Shown piece by piece: positions 50,911-62,736 of a stretch of 64,000 nt of DNA. Below the pieces are notes generated by a model. It did no database searches. It saw only the letters and a list, made by a program, of their open reading frames with translations, and was not told the origin of the DNA. The DNA is from Podarcis tiliguerta. Lineage: Eukaryota. Within the stretch, counting starts at the first letter, position 1. Every line of letters starts with the position of its first letter. A program made the position numbers and the translations under genes. The stretch is taken from the NCBI GenBank assembly GCA_965153285.1, contig OZ229112.1. One strand, 5' to 3'.

Positions 50911-51420
50911 TAGTGGCATGGGAGAGGGAGGAAAAAAATGTTGATTCTGGGGTGGGGACTGAGCTAGTATCTGCTGGATCTCGAGTCTGCTCCACGGCCA
51001 CCTCTTGAAAGCATCAAGCCCGACTGCTGTGCCAGCTCCAGGCTTGCCACACTGCCTTCCAGCCTGGCTGGTATGATACAACTGCATTTGCACCCTATGT
51101 AGTTAGTTTGATTTGAGAAGATTAAGTGGCCCTTTCTATATCCCAGTTCAGAAAACCATAGCTCTTTCCTTGAATAGAATGGTGGGCAAGAACCAGGAAG
51201 TCCCTGACTTAAAATGTTTTCCCCAGCTTAAATTCACTACGTGACCATGGGGAAGTTTCCCACTCTCTCTCATAAAGTGGTATAGACTCTTCAAATCAAA
51301 TATATTCACTTTTCAATTGCAATATGGGGACAATAATTTTGGCCTACTTTACAGGTTTGCCGTATTACTGAGAGAGCCTTTGTAAAATGTGATCAATTGT
51401 TACATGCTATCATCTTTTCC

Positions 51421-51769
51421 GGGACGCAGGTGACACTGTGGGTTAAACCACAGAGCCTAGGATTTGCTGATCAGAAGGTCAGTAGTTTGAATCCCCGTGA
51501 CGGGGTGAGCTCCCGTTGCTCGGTCCCTGCTCCTGCCAACCTAGCAGTTCGAAAGCACCTCAAAGTGCAAGCAGATAAATAGGTACCGCTCTGGCGGGAA
51601 GATAAACAGCATTTCCGTGCACTGCTCTGGTTTGCCAGATGCAGCTTAGTCATGCTGGCCACATGACCCGGAAGCTGTACGCCAGCTCCCTTGGCCAATA
51701 AAGCGAGATGAGCGTCGCAACCCCAGAGTCGGTCACGACTGGACCTAATGGTCAGGGGTCCCTTTACCT
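51421..51769 (+). mobile_element. Sauria SINE, full length
   Basis: 13-bp TSD TATCATCTTTTCC (51408-51420, 51770-51782). Confidence 0.92.
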
Positions 51770-52369
51770 TATCATCTTTTCCAGAGTAAGACTGTAGGTT
51801 CTATAATCACTCACTATAGCCCCCAAACAGATTGATGTATCTGGGGGGGGGGGGGGATATGCTGCTCTTGGCTGGCCTTAAAAAAAATAATACTGTATTG
51901 TTATCATCATTCAAAGAAATCAATTTACAGGCACACTATGGTTTTCTATCTGTACAATTATTAATGCTTTTGAGAATCAAATGTTTGTTTTCACAGATAT
52001 TTGAATTTATTTCAGTCACTATTGGCATTTAAATTCAAACATTTTAAGAGCTGTATGTGTGATTTACGCTATTTCCTTTAATACAAAGTGTTGTCTAGAA
52101 CGGTGAAGCCATTGGACAGGAGTTTTTTCTCCCCATCCCACCCCTAGCTGGAGCACAGTCAAGAAGAGTATTATAAATGCGAATTTCTTCCTTTCGGGGA
52201 TTTTTTCTTGTTCTTTCATTCATTCATATTTTCCCACAATCTACTTCAGTGTTTCAGAGATAGCTGAACGAAACGCCCTTTCTTCTGGACCAGATGTTAT
52301 TATGGCTGATGTTATAATTAAGTACTATCAGCCATTTATAATTTCGGCAAACTAAGCTCCTTTCCCCGC

Positions 52370-54230
52370 TGCCCGGCTCCTTTCCTGCTACTCCCCATAT
52401 TAAGAAGACCGCTTCCATTCCTTCACCCCGTTTCACTCGCATTCCTGAGGTACAGGGTTCTCTGCGGGGATTTAAATTCCACCCGGAAGTCATGTCCTTA
52501 GCGCCAAGAACGACGGGAAACGTAGTCCCCCGCTTCCCTCCTGCGCCCTTGCTTCAAACGCCGGGAGGTGACCCTGAGAAAACCACAACTCCCCTGAACC
52601 TTTGCGGCGGGCGCCACCCCCGTGCCGCGCAGGCGCGTCGGCGAGGGATGGTTTTTTGAATCAGCGGCGTTGTTATTGACGCCATATTGCTGGTGTGGAA
52701 GAGTCACAGAGGCGCACGGCAGCTCCCGCCGCGGCTATCTCTCGTCATCGGCGGCCTCAGGCCGGGTAGCCTCCCGTCGTGCCGCTCCCACCGGCCTAGA
52801 CACCCTCCCGGATTCGGCCCGGGGAGGATTTTCCGCGGGCGGAGCCAACGAGTCCAGCCAAGCCGGGCCGAGAGCTCCGGGCCGCTCCCTGGAGACGCAG
52901 GCGGAGCCGGCGGCCGGCAGGCAGCAGAAAAGCCCAGGAGGCGCGTAGCAGTGGCGACCCCGAGCCTGACGCGGCGAGGCAGCGCCTGAAGCGCCTCCTC
53001 CGCCCCCCCTTCTCCTCCGTTCCCTCCTTCCCCCCCGGTCTCGTCAGCTCCTTCCGGCCCCGCTCTCTCGCTCGCTCTCTCTCTCGGTGGCGAAGGCCCA
53101 GCCGGCTCCGCTCCCTCAGCCTCTTCGTCCTCGTCTTCCTCCACCTCCGCCATGGCCTGCGGCGCCACCCTAAAAAGGACTCTGGATTTCGACCCGCTCC
53201 TGAGCCCGGCCTCGCCGAAGCGGCGGCGCTGCGCCCCTTTGTCCGCTTCGGCGGCCGCCGCCTCCTCTTCCTCCGCGGCCTCCTTCGCCTCGTCCCCGCA
53301 GAAATACCTGCGCATGGAGCCTTCGCCCTTCGGGGAAGTGTCCACTCGCCTCACCACAGGTAAGCGGGGCCCCGAGGGGCGCCTAGGGCGGGGCACGGCG
53401 GGGGGGGGAGAGAGACTCTAGGATAAGGGGCGAAGGCCGCCTCCCCCCTTTCTGGCTTGCTTTTCATGAGTCCGCTTGGCTTCTCCCCCGTTGCCCCGCT
53501 TTCTCTTCCCAGCCACCTCCCTTCTCTACCCCCCCATTTTCCTCCCCCCCCCTCTTTTGGCTTCGCTTTCGCCGCGGAGTCGGCACAATGGAAATGGCCG
53601 CTCTCGCCGCGGTGGGGGCGGGGAAGTGGCAGCGATACGGGAGAGGCCGCAGAAAGGGGGTTGATAATAGGGCTGAGCCGGTGTAATGGGCGAAGAGGGG
53701 CGGGGAGACTCAGCCCCGCCGGGCTGCGTCTGGGAAAGGGGAATTTCTCTATTCAGCACCGCACCTTCCTTCCTCCCCCCCCCCACCCCCCCTTGGGGGA
53801 GAGAGGGCTGCTTGGCTCCTTGGCGTTTGACGGGGGTAATTGTATGTGCGCGGAGAGAAAGAGGAACCGAGAAATTATATCGCGAGGGAGGCGGGATCTT
53901 GGCCGGGAGAAATATGTCTCTGTCTCTTTCTCCGTCTCTTTGCCCTTCTTTCTCTCCTCCCCGGTGCAGGCGATCGATTTGTTGCAGCCATTAAACTCTT
54001 GGGCGTATGTTGCCTGAGCCGAGGCGGCCGTGCCTCCGCCTTCCCGTTCAAACACCGGGGGAGGGCAGGGAGAGGGACGGAGCGGGGGCTGTCATCAATC
54101 ACCCCAAGGTGGACTGCTTGGGCGGCGGCAGGGGCCGGTTCCACGATAAGAATTGAATTTCTCTCCCCCACCCCACCCCCTTCCAGTATTGAGCCGGGTA
54201 TTGTTCACGTCTCCGCGGGGGCTCAAATCA
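52370..54230. promoter_or_regulatory. AKIRIN2: CpG island / AKIRIN2 promoter, 5' UTR and start of intron 1
   Basis: Sharp rise in GC and CpG; ETS/GABP CCGGAAGT (52483-52490), ZNF143/THAP11-like motifs (52515-52527 on -, ~52582-52593 on +), NRF1-like GCGCAGGCGC (52627-52636), YY1 CGCCATATT (52680-52688). Confidence 0.88.
53152..53359 (+). CDS. AKIRIN2: Akirin-2, coding exon 1 (69 codons + 1 nt)
   Basis: [30 protein letters not shown]...[22 protein letters not shown] is the Akirin-2 N-terminus with the KRRRC NLS; Kozak CCGCCATGG; donor AG|GTAAGC at 53359/53360, phase 1. Confidence 0.97.
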
Positions 54231-56099
54231 ATAAAGGCGTTCTTGTAAGAAGAAGCTGTAATAAGGCAGTGGCTGTTGAACATCTCTTAGTAAGGATGAG
54301 AATGCATTTCAGTGTCACTTCACCAGAAATGTTAAAGTGATAACCTGTCTCTTCTTCCTCCTGCACCCCAAGACCTAATGAATAAATTGCAGGATCAGGT
54401 TTCATTGAATTACACCTCTGAAGGTATTTTACATGCTTGGCCCAGAGTGGATTCCACTAACTGGATCTATTCGAAATCTTAGTCCATATATAGAGTTCAT
54501 CCTCCCCCAATCATTTTGTCGTCTTCACCCCCTCCTCCATTTCTCAAGTAATTAATGAATGTAGGGACCATTATCTTCAGTTTATTTTGCATATATGGAT
54601 GTGGCATTTGAGTCTGAAGATTATCTGAGATAGCAGGCATAGTAATTTGCTGGTTTTTATTAAGCTTTCATTTCCCAAGAGCTTGTGTTTTCATATAGTA
54701 AGAAGTGGATCTGTGTAAGCCACATTAATTACAGAATGTTTGCTGTCACATGGAAATATGAATATTTAAATTAGCCCTTAAATCTTGCATCTTGGTATGT
54801 CTACAATAACTTGCTTCAAATTATGTTGGTCTTCCCATTGTATAGATAATCTCACTTGTGAGAGCTAATATGCTGAAATGTCTAGGACCATAGCCATCTC
54901 CTGTTAAACCCTGGTGGACTACATTTGATTTGAATATGTGTGGTAGTTAAACAAAGTGTGGTAGTTAAATTAACACCTTTCTCATTAGTAAATTAGTGGA
55001 GCATGTATTCAGGATTGCAGTTTAGTTTGAATCATAGCTAAACATTGCTAAATGTGTAAGCAGGAACCAAGGCTGTGTTAGTTAAATGCTACATTTATGA
55101 TTGGTGACTTCACTGGAAGTAGAAGTATCCATGCAATGAATATTTAATGTAAATGTGGGTTTAAAATTGATTTAGTGATGTGAACAGCTGGGCATGTCAA
55201 GGAGCTGCAGTTTGAAGGCATTAGTGGTTAGGAGCACATATCCTCTTGAAAATTTCAGTGCCGCTGAAAAACCCAGAAAAAAGTATAAAACTAGGTATTT
55301 AAACACTTAGATGAGGTCTGTCTCAAAATTATTTGGAGATTTGTCATTCAGAGGTATTTAGCTTTAAGTAAATCTTCACAATGTGGGGTTTCTGTGTAAA
55401 TTCTTACGACTTTGTTCAAATTGTCCAATAATAACTTGGGGATGAAATAACCTAGATTTGTAATGTCTTACTCCACAAGAAATACAATGCTGTGTGAAAT
55501 TTATTTATTGTATGTTTCCGGTCTTAGAAACAGGCATGTGTTTAATCTAACTAGTCTGTAAATTAAAGCATGGCAATAAGGGCCTCAGATATGTGCCTGT
55601 TTTTCCACGCAAGAGGATGAATTAAATTGTCTATTGATGAGTTACAGTAATTTAGTAAACCTTAGGTTATACTAATTTAGCAAAAGATTTAAAAGATCAG
55701 GTAGCACAACAAATATTCCTATATGTACAGTTCAAGAACATTGAACTGTTAAGCCAGTTAAGTAGACTTTCTTACATAGGTGTGATGTAAGGATTGGTTA
55801 CAATGCTGTCATAATAGGATGTGGGGTTGGTTGCTTTTAATAAGCATTGATAAGGGTACTAAATACCTTTACATTCAGGAGACACCCTGAATGACTTTCG
55901 TGTTCTCCAATGTTAGTTGTTGCTTGTTCCGTTAAGGGCAACAAAGTTTCATGGAATAGAGCTATTTTATACAAAACACAGGTACCACTTGTGTGTTGCC
56001 ATCAGTAGTGGCAGTACTCAGTGATGTGGGTTTTATTGGTAATTTTTTTGTTGCCCCAATTGATTGAAAGCTGACTTTGTGTTTATTTGACTTAAGCTT

Positions 56100-56480
56100 T
56101 TAAAAATATTATTTTAGATCATTTCTACCCTGCCTTTGGGCTCCCAAGGACGCATCTAGATCAGAAACATGACAACAAAAATATAGTATTTTAATTAAAT
56201 AAGTTCAAACTGCAGCATGAAAGGGCATCCAACAACTAGGGCAATCTAAATACATCACTCAACAGGAAGGCTTGTTAGAACAGATTGAAATCATTACTGC
56301 TCTCCTAAAACTCAAACATCAACCTCTTTTAGAGGGGATTTCCATTATCCGAGTGCTGCCACCAAGAAGACTCGCACACTTGTCCCCAGCAACTGCACTC
56401 CCAGAGTTAGTGGAACATAGTGCAGGTAGATTCATAAGACAAAATATAGAAGTAGAGATGGGGTGGCAGGAAGATAATGA
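56100..56480 (-). mobile_element. Degraded L2-like LINE 3' end
   Basis: TTTTAGATCATTTCTACCCTGCCTTT start and ATTTCCATTATCCGAGTGCTGCCACC-type L2 ORF2-end remnants. Confidence 0.45.
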
Positions 56481-58450
56481 AGTGCTAACTTCGTATCACT
56501 AGCAGTGGCCTCCATGGTTGGCTTTTCCCATGGGTCAGGGCCCTTAATATGAAAAGGGTTTTCCACCCCTGGCTTACTTGGAAATTATTTTTACTTCAAT
56601 TCTGGCATGATAGCTGAATGACATATAATTCCTTTGCATTATTTATATTTTAATAAATGAAATGAAAGCATTGTAAAGTATTAAGTTTCAGCGTGCATGA
56701 AGAATTATGCACATAAAATATTTTGTCTATGAATAGCCACATGAAAAAGTTAATTACAACTTAGATTTTAAATTTAAACTAGTATATCCATTCTAGTTGG
56801 CAGATTTGAATTTGTATTGTATTCATTAGTTATGTTACTAGCTAATTCTATGAATGCATTCTTAAAGTGGAGTTTTTTCCATTGAAAAATGTAACAATAG
56901 GTTTTTCATGTATAAAAATGTTACGACCCCACACCATCAACTAACTGCATTGGACTGGGGTTGAGTTGCTGCATTACCCCAGCAAGAGAAGTTTGGTCCT
57001 TACATCAGTTCTGTCATCTTCTGCTCATTTCTCAGAGTTGCTGTGTCAGCATATTAGCTCATGCATCAGACTGTAGACTGGGTAATCTAATTGGCTATAG
57101 GAATTGGTTTGTTAAAAGCAGTTCAATGTACAGCATTTCAGGTCTCAATTTCCCCCTGAATTTAGGAGGTTGGATCTTGAGAAGAACAGTGGACTGGTGC
57201 AATGGGGTGTTCTCTCTCTCCCCTCCCCCCTCTCCCCATTCTTACCCCTTGCACACACCCAACCAAGCTGTTCCTGAGGGTTTACAGAGCCTCTTAGAAT
57301 GGCTTGGAATGGGGCATATAGGCTTGTAACAGGATGAGGAAACAGAAGAATTACTGGGGTACATTGCACAAGCAGAAATACCTTTCTGTTCACACAAGGC
57401 ATGTTTGGATCTATGCCAATGTAAACATTGATTTGGGCCAATCATGCTTAATTAAGGAAGAAAATCTAGCTTTGGAGTTGGTGGGTGTGTCACTAAAAAA
57501 AATGAGCCACCAGCTGTTTTGAATAGGTAAATAAGTGCTTTATTGGTAGGAGAGGAGAAGGGAAACATTCAGAGTAAATATTGTATCAAACAGTTTTAAA
57601 CATTGTTTGGACAGCTGCTGTGTTGCTGAATTCATGCTGAATTGGCCTTTTCTCTACAATTTTTCTACTTGTACATGTCTGAAAGAAATTGCATATCTTA
57701 AAACCTGTATGACAAAGGTGTAATTTTGGTGTGCAGTGTATTTACTTGGAGCAATCATGGTGGGGAAAGTACTTTTTATCTTGGGGAGCTATAGAGCTTT
57801 TCCCATCTGGGAATTTCTAGCTACGTTTTGGTTAAATGATCTATTTGTACATCTAGGTTTAATGCCATGCAGACACTTGTAGCATTCCTGTTCATAGACT
57901 TTAATATAAAATCCAAATAACTAAAAAAGTATAAGATCACTTGCCATAGTAGCATCTTGATACTAAACTTCTGTTTGGGTTTTATCAGTAGAGATTAATG
58001 TTAAGGAATCACATGCCTGCTCCTTCAATCTTCTACATTTGAGTGGGAAACCTGTGGCCCTCCAACTGTTCCATCGTCCCCAGCCAGCATAGCCAGTGGT
58101 TGGTGTGATGGGATCTGTAGCTCAGCAACATTTGGAGGGTCATAGATTCCTCAGCTCTATATAGACACTTGCTTATCTGGGACTTGCCACACTTTGATTG
58201 AAGTCTGGTAAGTCTTGTCTGTCGAGATGTCCTAAGATTGCATCTCCATAGAAAAAAATGTCAGTCAGTCATGCAGTCTAAAGAAGTTACAGCCCAGACA
58301 CAAATTTGTCACCTTAGTGAAAACTAAGAGAATAGATGCTTAAAACAATGCTATTGCAATTTCTTTTTTATAGTTGGGTCATCTGGTATGTAGTTTCTGA
58401 CTTTGATCAGTGCTAATACTCCTCCTCTTAAGATGGTTCACATGTAAGTG

Positions 58451-58679
58451 TGGGGTCAGCAAACTGTCCCTCAGACCTTGTGGGGGGCCGGACTGTATTT
58501 TTTTTTGGTGGGGGGATGAACGAATTCCTATGCCCCACAAATAACCCAGAGATGCATTTTAAATAAAAGCACACATTCTACTCATGTAAAAACATGCTGA
58601 TTCCTGGACCGTCCATGGGCTGGATTTAGAAGGCGATTGGGCTGGATCTGGCCCCCGGGCCTTAGTTTGCCTACCCATG
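58451..58679. mobile_element. hAT (Charlie-like) MITE
   Basis: GGGGTCAGCAAAC ... GTTTGCCTACCCATG; 8-bp TSD TGTAAGTG (58443-58450, 58680-58687). Confidence 0.82.
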
Positions 58680-59413
58680 TGTAAGTGCCTATCCCTCACT
58701 TAATGACCTTGCATGACAGAGCCATCCTAGACTGAGCAACACACTTGCCCAGTCATCTTGAAAACATACTTCCTTAATGTTTATACATTTAGATGCTATT
58801 CACGAAGCCTTTGGAGTACATTTGGGGCATTTATCTGATAAGTTGCTAACCATAATATTTTTTATTTGAGCAAATTAAAATAAGACTTCATATGATATGA
58901 TCCATGCTTATCCTGCTGTGTCCTTTTTGAACTGTCCTACATTTCAAACCACAAATACGAAGATGGCAGAGCTGGTATAATGTTATTCCTAAGTTACAGG
59001 AAGAGGTAAAACTATGGAGAACTTGAGAAGCATGTGGATATATCAGTGGCAGCTTTCAGCCTTAACATTCCAAACATTTTAAATATCATCTTTTATATCT
59101 CAGTGTACTAGCAAACCACAAGAACTATTTTAGTACTTTTTTGGTTTTTTCTGTTTTTCCTCTTTCTCTGCTTAAAAGAAGAAAAAGTATCACTAACCCA
59201 AAAAGGACTTTTTATTTTTGGTTTATGTTGCTAGTGTGACCAACTTGAGTTTGAGCCCACCAGTTAAAGATCAGTATTATGTAATAGGTTTTGCTACCAT
59301 GTATCCAGTCCGTATTCTGTGGAATGCCCTTAGTGTAATAGAAGTAACAATTATTGTTGCATCATCTTCTATTGTTTAACAGAAGTTATTGAGCCAGAGT
59401 GGAAATATGAATA

Positions 59414-59763
59414 CAGTGGTGCCTCGCAAGACGGAAAACCCACAAGACGAAAGGGTTTTCCGTCTGCAGAGGTGCTTCGCAAGACGAATTTCCCTATGGG
59501 CTTGCTTCGCAAGACGAAAAATGACGAAAATTTTCGGGGTTTTTTTTTTGCTCCAAAACCCCTTATTTTGAATCGCTAAGCTGCTAAAAGCATTTTAGCA
59601 GCAAAACCGCTAATCCCCCCCTTTAAAAAGCTGTTTTTAGCCCCTTTTTAGCCAATAGCGCTAATAGCGCTACTCCGTCAATGGGCTTGCTTCGCAAGAT
59701 GAAAAAACCGCAAGACGAAAAGACCCGCGGAACGGATTCTTTTCGTCTTGCAAGGCACCACTG
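59414..59763. mobile_element. Tc1/mariner (Tigger-like) MITE, family B
   Basis: TIRs CAGTGGTGCCTCGCAAGACG / CGTCTTGCAAGGCACCACTG; TA TSD. Confidence 0.92.
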
Positions 59764-59794
59764 TATAATCCACATTATTCTTTTGGGAGATTAG

Positions 59795-59995
59795 GGGTGG
59801 AATCCAATGTGTGAGTGGACTTCCACTTGCACAATTGGGCTTTAGCTTCATCTGCTGCCCCCTGCACTCCCCCAACCCCCCTGAGCAGATTTTGAGGGCA
59901 TGCGGAGAACTGCAGGGGGAGGAAAGGAAAGTAAAGTCTTGTTGCACAAGCAGAAGTCCATTTGGCTTGCACATGGACAGTTTTGGATTAAACCT
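59795..59995. mobile_element. Old palindromic MITE
   Basis: Inverted arms AATCCAA..TGGACTTCCACTTGCACAA / TTGCACAAGCAGAAGTCCA..TTGGATT; similar sequence at ~57170-57430. Confidence 0.5.
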
Positions 59996-62510
59996 TAGGA
60001 TTTACTGCTTTTAACAGAATCTTTGGTTGGGGATTTCCCAGTTCTGCTTGTTTTTGGGGGTTGGGGTGGATTTTTTACTTCCTCCTCACCCTCTGGACTA
60101 TTCTGTTCATATTACTCTATAATGGACAATAGACTTCTCTCTGTTTTTATTGGATCAACACAATTTGAAGTGGCAAGACATTTAAGAACGTAAAGGAATA
60201 TGGAAAACTGTAATTTGCAATATTTCTTTCAACATAAAGTTGGTCACCTGAACCTTAATCCAACAAGGGCTGATCTGGATGCTCTGGATTGCTCCACTGA
60301 ATGTGTGTGTGTGTGGAGACACCCCCCTACACTCAGGACTCTCATCAGTACATAGTTTTCATTCCAGCACAGGTTTTTGAATGCACTGTCTACCTGCTGC
60401 TCCATTTGTGGATAATTTCTTTTTTCTTTGGGGCTCAGATCAGTGGCAGGTGGAGCCTCTGGATCATGGCTGTTGATATGAATACTTTTTTTGTTTTCTT
60501 GGCAGTACCTTGTTTAAAGTGACTAGCTTTTGAACTCCAGGTTTGTCAAAACCCAGCAGTGGTGGTAAATCTAAACTCAAAGATAATCATAATGGTTGTT
60601 CTCAGCATTTGAATGTAAATACTGTACTTTATAATTCCTTGACACTCAAATCCAATCTAAGATTTTTGGCAGTCCTGATTATTTGTCTTAGATTTATTTG
60701 TGGCTAGTTTGTGGTTGGTGAAGACAAAGCTTGACCACAAGCCATGGTTTGGACAACATGGTCAGGCAAACCTTGGTGTAGCTCAGCATGGTGGCAAAAA
60801 ATAATAACGGAAAAACAAAGTGTTTTCAAGTTGGTGGGAGCCTGCAGGTTCCCACTAATCTATAGTTTGGGGTAGTAGCTGTGAACTAGACTCTGAGCTT
60901 CATGGCTAGGTGGGGGGTTATAAGACCTGGTCTCCTAGGTCTTACTCCCAACATTCTTATCTACTACACTATCTTGGCTGACAGTGACAATATCTTGGGT
61001 ATTTTGGGCCTTGTGTCAGGAATGCTGCCATGACATTGAAACTATGCTTACAGTATGACAAGAAAGTAAGTATGGAAATAGCTAACAATTTAAAAATTAG
61101 ATTTAAATATTATTTAAACAACATTAGCTTAAATACAACATTGAAAGTGAATATGCTTCTTTAGTGATGATAGTTTCCTTTATGAGAAGCATACTCCAAA
61201 TAAAGAAATAATGTACTATTGGTTGTTGAAAAGGACTAGACTACTGGGACCAGCATTCCACAGACTCCTTTGGTTTCTGCCTCCAAGGCATGATTCAGGG
61301 ATGCTTGTTAACTGTTCTTTAGATTACACTTTCCTTTATATCCTGTCTCCTGGGGTAAAATCCTAAAAAACTCAACAACTTCGATCCTAAGAAAAAGGTC
61401 TGATCGGCCCTCACGCATGCTCATTTCGTCAAATCTGGCCTGCTTTGGGAGGGAAATGGGCACCCCTGGATTGGACTAATGCAGCCTCTTCATATTTTCT
61501 GTGTAGTGTCCCAAAAAGTGAAAATAGACAGTTTTAAGTTTCACTTCTTCTACATACAGGTATTAGCTGACATTTTCCAAAAGCAATATATGGATTTATT
61601 TATTTTTTTAATGGGAACAAATACTGAATGCAAAAGGGGGGGATAGTTTTCACAGTGTGAGATTAGGCATGGATTCAATCTATTGAAGGTTTAGAAGGAG
61701 TTAGGGATTCAGATGCTAAATGAAAAGAAAAAAAAAAGGACGTTTCTTAATGTGAACAAAACAAGCGTTCCATTATTTTATTTTAATTTTTGTCTAACTA
61801 GTAGATACTTGATAGCTTGAACTTCTCAAATCCCGCTCTTATCAGGGTTTGGCTAACCCATGTTTCTCCAGATGTTGTTGGCTACAACTCCCATTTCTAA
61901 CCACTGCCACGCTGGTGGGTTTGGGAGTCCCAACCTGTGGTGGGCCACAGGTTAGCCACTCTTGCTGTAGACTGGAATGACTATTCTAATGAATTGTTGA
62001 CTATTACTTTATTTGATATAAGTTGCTTATTTTAAAGTTATGTTTTATTATCACATTTTTGTATTGGATTAGATTGTTATAAGGTGTACATACTTTGTTT
62101 CTTCAGCTTGTAAACAGCCGTGGGTATAGTTAAATAAAAAGGCGGTATACAAATTAGGAGAAATGGATCTGTATTGTACTGTATATCTTAAACTGGTTTG
62201 AATCCTGTGCAACTTCACTTATTAGCTGAGGTTTTGAAGATACTGTGCTGTCCTTTCCAAGAGAACAGATTTTGCTACTCTTTCATTGTTGCCTTAGCAA
62301 AGTGCCAGGTTTCATCTTACATGGGACTTTATAGCAGATCAGGAAGTTACTGTTACTCTATGATTTTTAGAGTGAAAGTTTTTTCAAAAAAAAAGAAAAG
62401 AGATACAGTAATCATTTTTAAAAGTACCATAATGAGACAACCATCTGGGAATGTTTCCAAGGTTGGACATGAGCAAACGCGCCCAAGTAATGGAAGTGAC
62501 TGTATATTTA

Positions 62511-62736
62511 CAGTGGTACCTCGGGTTAAGTACTTAATTCGTTCCGGAGGTCCGTTCTTAATCTGAAACTGTTCTTAACCTGAAGCACCACTTTAGCTAA
62601 TGGGGTCTCCTGCTGCTGCCACGCCGCCGGAGCACGATTTCTGTTCTCATCCTGAAGCAAAGTTCTTAACCCAAGGTATTATTTCTGGGTTAGCGGAGTC
62701 TGTAACCTGAAGCGTATGTAACCTAAGGTACCACTG
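62511..62736 (-). mobile_element. Tc1/mariner MITE family A, copy 4
   Basis: CAGTGGTACCTCGGGTTA ... TAACCTAAGGTACCACTG; TA TSD; near-identical to 24954-25179. Confidence 0.93.

Noticed and set aside
52395-52405. CArG/SRE-like CCATATTAAG
   Set aside because: One mismatch to CC(A/T)6GG and no independent support
52687-53151. Non-AUG N-terminal extension of Akirin-2
   Set aside because: In-frame TGA at 52987-52989, and no in-frame CTG/GTG/ACG between it and the ATG
52704-53396. 230-aa antisense ORF over AKIRIN2 exon 1
   Set aside because: Low-complexity shadow of a GC-rich CpG island; non-ATG start; no recognisable domain
53360-53421. C-terminal 20 aa of the 89-aa ORF 53152-53421
   Set aside because: Read-through into intron 1; Akirin similarity stops at the GTAAG donor
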